Shown in pieces: positions 1 through 3,400 of a stretch of DNA of 3,400 bases. The notes beneath the pieces are model-generated. The model made no database searches. It was given only the letters and a program-made list of their open reading frames with translations, and was not told where the DNA came from. Each line of letters begins with the position of its first letter. Position 1 is the stretch's first letter. Location: the sequence record PZ195128.1; one strand, 5' to 3'. The position numbers and the translations under genes were made by a program. The DNA comes from a phage.

Positions 1-82
1 TCATCCTTGAAGGCGCTAGGAATGTTTTGCATAAGCGACTCATTTCTGCAGTCTTTTCACCATGCCGTTAGGTTTAGGTGAC

Positions 83-98
83 GGTATTTCCAAATACC
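83..98 (+). promoter_or_regulatory. Candidate RNA stem-loop directly upstream of the maturation gene ribosome binding site
   Basis: Seen in sequence: GGTATTT (83-89) is the exact reverse complement of AAATACC (92-98), giving a 6-bp stem with a 4-nt loop once the innermost pair is opened. It directly abuts GGAGG at 99-103. Function is inferred only. Confidence 0.3.
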
Positions 99-103
99 GG
101 AGG
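99..103 (+). promoter_or_regulatory. Shine-Dalgarno-like GGAGG for the maturation protein
   Basis: GGAGG lies 4 nt upstream of ATG 108. Confidence 0.5.
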
Positions 104-107
104 ATCT

Positions 108-1280
108 ATGTTTCCGAAGTCAAATATCGATAGAAATTACAAGGTTAAACTTATCTCTTACGACAAGAAAGGGAAACTCGTTTCCGACGACTCTTTTGAG
201 CAAGTCGAAAACTATCTCTTTCAAAATCGTTCGAGTACGTATAAACCTGGTTATATCCGTCGCGACTTTCGAAGACCAACGAACTTTTGGAACGGCTATC
301 GCTGTTTCAATCAGCCAGTTGGTACCTTCACTCGGAAACTCTCTGATGGTGGGAGACAAGTTGCTGATTACGGTATCGTGAACCCTAATAAGTTCACTGC
401 CAATAGTCAGCACTTGGGGGACAACATGGTAATTTACCCTGGTCCCTTCTCTATAAATATTGATCAGCGTGCTTCTGTCGAAGTCCTTAATAAACTTTCG
501 CAATCAAACCTCAATATTGGGGTTGCAATTGCCGAAGCTAAGATGACTGCTTCATTACTCGCTAAACAATCTATAGCTCTCATCAGAGCCTACACTGCTG
601 CAAAGCGCGGTAATTGGCGAGAGGTGCTTTCCCAGCTCCTCATCTCCGAACACCGTTTCAGAGCTCCTGCTAAGGATCTCGGAGGTCGATGGCTCGAACT
701 GCAGTACGGTTGGTTACCCCTCATGAGCGACTTGAAAGCTGCATATGATTTGCTTACGCAAACCAAATTGCCTGCTTTCATGCCCTTGAGAGTTACCCGT
801 ACCGTTGGCGGAACGCATAATTATAAAGTGCGCAACGTCGAATCTGCAGGGGATACATGGTCCTATAGTGACCGCTTGTCGGTGAATTACCGAATATGGT
901 ACTTCATTTCCGATCCGCGGCTCGCATGGGCCAGTTCCCTCGGGTTACTTAACCCTCTAGAAATCTATTGGGAAAAGACGCCCTGGTCGTTCGTTGTTGA
1001 CTGGTTCTTACCTGTCGGTAATTTAATCGAAGCCATGAGTAACCCTCTTGGCCTTGATATTATTTCCGGCACGAAGACCTGGCAACTGGAGTCAAAACTT
1101 AATGCGTCGCTTACGGCTTCGGGTTGGTCCGGAACTGCAAAGTTAACTGCATACGCGAAAGCATATGACAGATCTACTTTCTATTCCTTTCCCACACCTC
1201 TACCGTATGTGAAATCCCCACTTAGTGGGCTTCACTTAGCGAATGCATTAGCCCTAATCAACCAACGCCTGAAAAGGTAA
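108..1280 (+). CDS. mat: Maturation protein (A protein, pilus attachment protein), 390 aa
   Basis: The ORF track gives 78..1280 from a GTG. I place the start at ATG 108, which has GGAGG upstream and gives 390 aa, the size I recall for the GA A protein. The translation contains stretches I recognise from the MS2 A protein: [52 protein letters not shown], and the C-terminal YVKSP...[11 protein letters not shown]. Stop TAA at 1278-1280. Confidence 0.9.
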   Translation: MFPKSNIDRNYKVKLISYDKKGKLVSDDSFEQVENYLFQNRSSTYKPGYIRRDFRRPTNFWNGYRCFNQPVGTFTRKLSDGGRQVADYGIVNPNKFTANSQHLGDNMVIYPGPFSINIDQRASVEVLNKLSQSNLNIGVAIAEAKMTASLLAKQSIALIRAYTAAKRGNWREVLSQLLISEHRFRAPAKDLGGRWLELQYGWLPLMSDLKAAYDLLTQTKLPAFMPLRVTRTVGGTHNYKVRNVESAGDTWSYSDRLSVNYRIWYFISDPRLAWASSLGLLNPLEIYWEKTPWSFVVDWFLPVGNLIEAMSNPLGLDIISGTKTWQLESKLNASLTASGWSGTAKLTAYAKAYDRSTFYSFPTPLPYVKSPLSGLHLANALALINQRLKR

Positions 1281-1284
1281 TTAC

Positions 1285-1288
1285 GGAG
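1285..1288 (+). promoter_or_regulatory. Shine-Dalgarno (GGAG) for the coat gene
   Basis: GGAG lies 8 nt upstream of ATG 1297 in the 16-nt maturation-coat intergenic spacer. Confidence 0.6.
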
Positions 1289-1296
1289 TTAGCCAT

Positions 1297-1689
1297 ATGG
1301 CAACTTTACGCAGTTTCGTACTCGTCGATAATGGCGGTACGGGGAATGTTACTGTCGTTCCTGTTAGCAATGCCAACGGCGTCGCTGAGTGGCTTTCTAA
1401 TAACTCGCGCAGTCAAGCTTATCGCGTGACTGCCAGTTATCGTGCGTCAGGCGCGGATAAGCGCAAATACACCATCAAACTTGAAGTACCGAAAATCGTT
1501 ACTCAAGTTGTAAATGGTGTTGAGCTGCCTATCTCCGCATGGAAGGCTTATGCCTCCATTGACCTGACCATCCCTATCTTTGCGTCGACCGACGATGTGA
1601 CCGTTATTTCCAAGTCACTCGCTGGCCTGTTCAAGGTCGGGAACCCTGTAGCCGAGGCTATCTCTTCTCAGAGTGGCTTCTACGCTTAA
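1297..1689 (+). CDS. cp: Major coat (capsid) protein, 130 aa
   Basis: The translation MATLRSFVLVDNGGTGNVTVVPVSNANGVAEWLSNNSRSQAYRVT...RKYTIKLEVPKIVTQVVNGVELP...LTIPIFA...GNPVAEAISSQSGFYA carries the hallmark levivirus coat blocks (FVLVDNGGTG, NGVAEW, SRSQAY, RKYTIK, GVELP, LTIPIFA). From memory it is near-identical to the phage GA coat protein. Size is typical (about 130 aa). Stop TAA at 1687-1689. Confidence 0.97.
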   Translation: MATLRSFVLVDNGGTGNVTVVPVSNANGVAEWLSNNSRSQAYRVTASYRASGADKRKYTIKLEVPKIVTQVVNGVELPISAWKAYASIDLTIPIFASTDDVTVISKSLAGLFKVGNPVAEAISSQSGFYA

Positions 1690-1880
1690 TGGGTCTGAAA
1701 GCAAAACATAAGGAAAACCTATGTTCCGATTCACAGAGATCGAAAAGACTCTATGTATGGATCGCACTCGCGATTGTGCTGTCCGATTTCACGTCTATCT
1801 TCAGTCATTGGATTTGGGGTCTTCTGATCCTCATTCTCCGGACTTTGATGGACTTGCCTACCTTCGTGATGAGTGTTTAA
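1689..1880 (+). CDS. lys: Lysis protein (L-type single-gene lysis protein), 63 aa, overlapping the coat stop and the replicase 5' region
   Basis: ATG 1689-1691 shares its A with the coat stop codon (TAATG). The ORF is in a third frame and overlaps the first 160 nt of the replicase gene. The product has a basic, polar N-terminus (KAKHKENLCSDSQRSKR) followed by a hydrophobic segment LYVWIALAIVLSDFTSIFSHWIWGLLILIL containing an L-S dipeptide. This resembles the MS2 L protein core (LYVLIFLAIFLSKFT). Position, size and architecture match levivirus L proteins. Confidence 0.85.
   Translation: MGLKAKHKENLCSDSQRSKRLYVWIALAIVLSDFTSIFSHWIWGLLILILRTLMDLPTFVMSV
1705..1725 (+). promoter_or_regulatory. Translational operator-like hairpin enclosing the replicase start codon (candidate coat-protein binding site)
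   Basis: Seen in sequence: 5'-AACAU-A-AGG-AAAA-CCU-AUGUU-3'. Lower stem 1705-1709 pairs with 1721-1725, one A is bulged (1710 or 1711), upper stem 1711-1713 pairs with 1718-1720, and the loop is AAAA (1714-1717). The replicase AUG (1721-1723) lies in the 3' arm, and the replicase Shine-Dalgarno AAGGA (1710-1714) lies in the bulge, upper stem and loop. The architecture (bulged purine, 4-nt A-rich loop, AUG in the 3' arm) parallels the MS2 operator ACAUGAGGAUUACCCAUGU. Confidence 0.7.
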
Positions 1881-3319
1881 CTAAACATCCCTCACTTGGA
1901 GACAGTAATTCGGACGCACGCCGTAAGGAATTGGCATATGCCAAACTTATGGATAGTGATCAAAGATGCAAAATCCAAAACAGTAACGGATACGACTACT
2001 CTCATATCGAGAGTAGCGTACTGAACGGTATACTCAAGACCGCTCAGGCCCTTGTGGCGAACTTACTTACGGGTTTTGAATCTCACTTCCTGAACGATTG
2101 TTCATTCTCCAATGGAGCCTCACAAGGGTTCAAGTTGCGGGATGCAGCGCCGTTTAAGAAGATCGCTGGGCAAGCAACCGTTACAGCTCCTGCTTATGAC
2201 ATTGCCGTGGCCGCCGTTAAAACGTGCGCGCCGTGGTATGCTTATATGCAGGAAACGTATGGCGATGAGACCAAATGGTTTCGTCGGGTATACGGCAACG
2301 GTTTGTTTTCTGTTCCGAAGAACAATAAAATAGATCGGGCTGCCTGCAAGGAGCCTGATATGAATATGTACCTTCAGAAGGGTGCGGGATCTTTTATAAG
2401 AAAACGCCTCCGCTCTGTCGGTATAGATCTTAACGATCAAACGTGCAATCAGGAATTAGCCCGACTTGGCAGCATTGATGGATCGCTCGCTACTATTGAT
2501 CTTAGTAGCGCTAGCGATTCTATCTCTGACCGTCTTGTCTGGGATTTACTTCCACCGCACGTTTATTCATACCTCGCCCGTATCCGCTCATCTTTCACGA
2601 TGATTGATGGTCGGCTACACAAGTGGGGTCTATTTTCTACCATGGGTAATGGCTTCACATTCGAGCTCGAGTCCATGATTTTCTGGGCTCTGAGTAAGAG
2701 TGTTATGCTGTCCATGGGTGTTACTGGCTCATTAGGCATCTACGGGGATGATATAATTGTCCCTGTTGAGTGTGCTCCAACTCTCCTTAAGGTATTATCC
2801 GCTGTTAACTTTCTTCCTAATGAAAGGAAGACGTTTACTACGGGTTACTTTCGCGAAAGTTGCGGTGCTCACTTCTTTAAAGGTGCCGACATGAAACCTT
2901 TTTACTGCAAGCGGCCAATGGAAACCCTTCCCGATGTCATGTTGCTATGCAACAGGATAAGGGGTTGGCAGACCGTTGGTGGAATGTCAGATCCGCGGCT
3001 CTTTCCAATTTGGAGAGAATTCGCTGATATGATTCCGCCGAAGTTTAAGGGTGGATGCAACCTGGATCGCGACACTTACCTCGTTTCACCTGATAAACCC
3101 GGTGTCACATTGGTTCGTATCGCTAAGGTACGCTCTGGTTTTAACCACGCGTTCCCGTACGGTCATGAAAATGGCCGCTACGTCCACTGGTTGCATATGG
3201 GATCGGGAGAAGTTCTCGAGACCATATCCTCCGCCAGGTTTAGGTGTAAACCTAACTCGGAATGGAGAACACAGATCCCTCTATTTCCTCAGGAATTAGA
3301 GGCCTGCGTTCTCTCCTGA
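1721..3319 (+). CDS. rep: RNA-dependent RNA polymerase (replicase beta subunit), 532 aa
   Basis: Long ORF containing the catalytic YGDD motif (GIYGDDIIVP). Extensive blocks I recognise from the MS2 replicase: DPHS.DF...AYLRDE.LTKHP.LG, FSNGAS.G.KL.DAAP.KK, VPKNNKIDRAACKEPDMNMYLQKG, SVGIDLNDQ, GS.DGSLATIDLSSASDSISDRLVW, FSTMGNGFTFELESMIFWA, RKTF..G.FRESCGAHF, KPFY, GGMSDPRL, PQE. Stop TGA at 3317-3319 followed immediately by TAG. Confidence 0.97.
   Translation: MFRFTEIEKTLCMDRTRDCAVRFHVYLQSLDLGSSDPHSPDFDGLAYLRDECLTKHPSLGDSNSDARRKELAYAKLMDSDQRCKIQNSNGYDYSHIESSVLNGILKTAQALVANLLTGFESHFLNDCSFSNGASQGFKLRDAAPFKKIAGQATVTAPAYDIAVAAVKTCAPWYAYMQETYGDETKWFRRVYGNGLFSVPKNNKIDRAACKEPDMNMYLQKGAGSFIRKRLRSVGIDLNDQTCNQELARLGSIDGSLATIDLSSASDSISDRLVWDLLPPHVYSYLARIRSSFTMIDGRLHKWGLFSTMGNGFTFELESMIFWALSKSVMLSMGVTGSLGIYGDDIIVPVECAPTLLKVLSAVNFLPNERKTFTTGYFRESCGAHFFKGADMKPFYCKRPMETLPDVMLLCNRIRGWQTVGGMSDPRLFPIWREFADMIPPKFKGGCNLDRDTYLVSPDKPGVTLVRIAKVRSGFNHAFPYGHENGRYVHWLHMGSGEVLETISSARFRCKPNSEWRTQIPLFPQELEACVLS
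1749..1838 (+). other. Predicted transmembrane segment of the lysis protein (with L-S dipeptide at 1779-1784)
   Basis: Residues 21-50 of the 63-aa product are almost entirely hydrophobic or aromatic (LYVWIALAIVLSDFTSIFSHWIWGLLILIL). Codons CTG TCC at 1779-1784 encode L-S in the lysis frame. Confidence 0.6.
2741..2752 (+). other. YGDD catalytic motif (RdRp motif C) within the replicase
   Basis: The codons TAC GGG GAT GAT at 2741-2752 encode Y-G-D-D in the replicase frame, within GIYGDDIIVP. Confidence 0.9.
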
Positions 3320-3400
3320 TAGTATCAGGACCTCCCCGGATGGGGTGGGTGTGACCGAAAGGCCACTATGGAGGTGAACCCTCCACCGCCCAAAAGGCGG
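3320..3400 (+). other. 3' untranslated region with a series of stem-loops (probably truncated at the 3' end)
   Basis: Seen in sequence: hairpin 3315-3329 (CCUGAU/AUCAGG) enclosing the replicase stop codon; 3334-3345 (CCCC-GGAU-GGGG); 3351-3366 (GUGACC-GAAA-GGCCAC with a GNRA-type GAAA loop and one mismatch); 3369-3385 (UGGAGG-UGAAC-CCUCCA); 3386-3400 (CCGCC-CAAAA-GGCGG). The window does not show a terminal C-run ending in A. Confidence 0.65.

Larger units (their letters stand above)
1..107 (+). other. 5' untranslated leader of the phage genomic RNA (probably truncated at the 5' end)
   Basis: No convincing ORF before the maturation gene start. Levivirus genomes carry a 5' leader of roughly this size upstream of the A gene. 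The window does not begin with the G-run expected at a levivirus 5' terminus, so a few tens of nt are probably missing. Confidence 0.6.

Noticed and set aside
196-381. 61-aa + strand ORF nested in the maturation gene in another frame
   Set aside because: No Shine-Dalgarno, no known levivirus gene at this position, and the product is low-complexity. Judged a frame artefact.
120-503. 127-aa ORF on the minus strand
   Set aside because: It lies antisense to the maturation gene. Leviviruses express genes only from the plus strand, and the product has no recognisable features. Likely a chance ORF.
590-781. 63-aa ORF on the minus strand
   Set aside because: Antisense to the maturation gene, with no ribosome binding site or recognisable domain. 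Likely spurious.
1292-1301. Perfect 10-nt palindrome GCCATATGGC spanning the coat start codon
   Set aside because: As RNA it could only form a 3-bp stem, too weak to call a regulatory hairpin. It may simply reflect the start context or a cloning-style CATATG site. Noted but not reported as a feature.
1687-1700. Possible coat read-through (A1-type) extension as in Qbeta-like phages
   Set aside because: The coat stop is TAA, not a leaky UGA, and the coat frame hits another stop (TGA at 1696-1698) three codons later, so there is no read-through domain. This is levivirus-type, not allolevivirus-type.
2112-2333. 73-aa + strand ORF nested in the replicase gene
   Set aside because: Arginine- and leucine-rich product typical of an out-of-frame read of coding sequence. 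No precedent for a gene here in leviviruses.
2120-2440. 106-aa ORF on the minus strand
   Set aside because: Antisense to the replicase gene in a plus-strand RNA phage. Likely spurious.
3051-3299. 82-aa + strand ORF nested near the replicase 3' end
   Set aside because: An alternate frame of the replicase gene with no translation signals and no known counterpart.
1-3400. Novel defence system, CRISPR array, tRNA, rRNA or mobile element
   Set aside because: No direct repeats with spacers, no tRNA-like cloverleaf candidates and no transposase or integrase-like ORFs were seen. The whole window is accounted for by four phage genes plus UTRs.

Overview
This window reads as a nearly complete cDNA copy of a positive-sense ssRNA bacteriophage genome of the levivirus type (Fiersviridae, MS2/GA-like), not a piece of a cellular chromosome and not an undescribed system. 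All genes are on the + strand in the canonical order: partial 5' UTR, maturation (A) protein, coat protein, a small lysis gene overlapping the coat/replicase junction, replicase (RdRp beta subunit), and a structured 3' UTR. The three large proteins show long stretches I recognise from memory as MS2-family proteins, and the coat protein looks closest to the group II phage GA coat; this is recall, not a database search. The parts most worth a second look are the embedded lysis gene (start overlapping the coat stop as TAATG), the operator-like hairpin enclosing the replicase start codon, and the hairpins of the 3' UTR. The window appears to lack the extreme genome termini. The antisense ORFs and small internal sense ORFs in the six-frame track are judged spurious.
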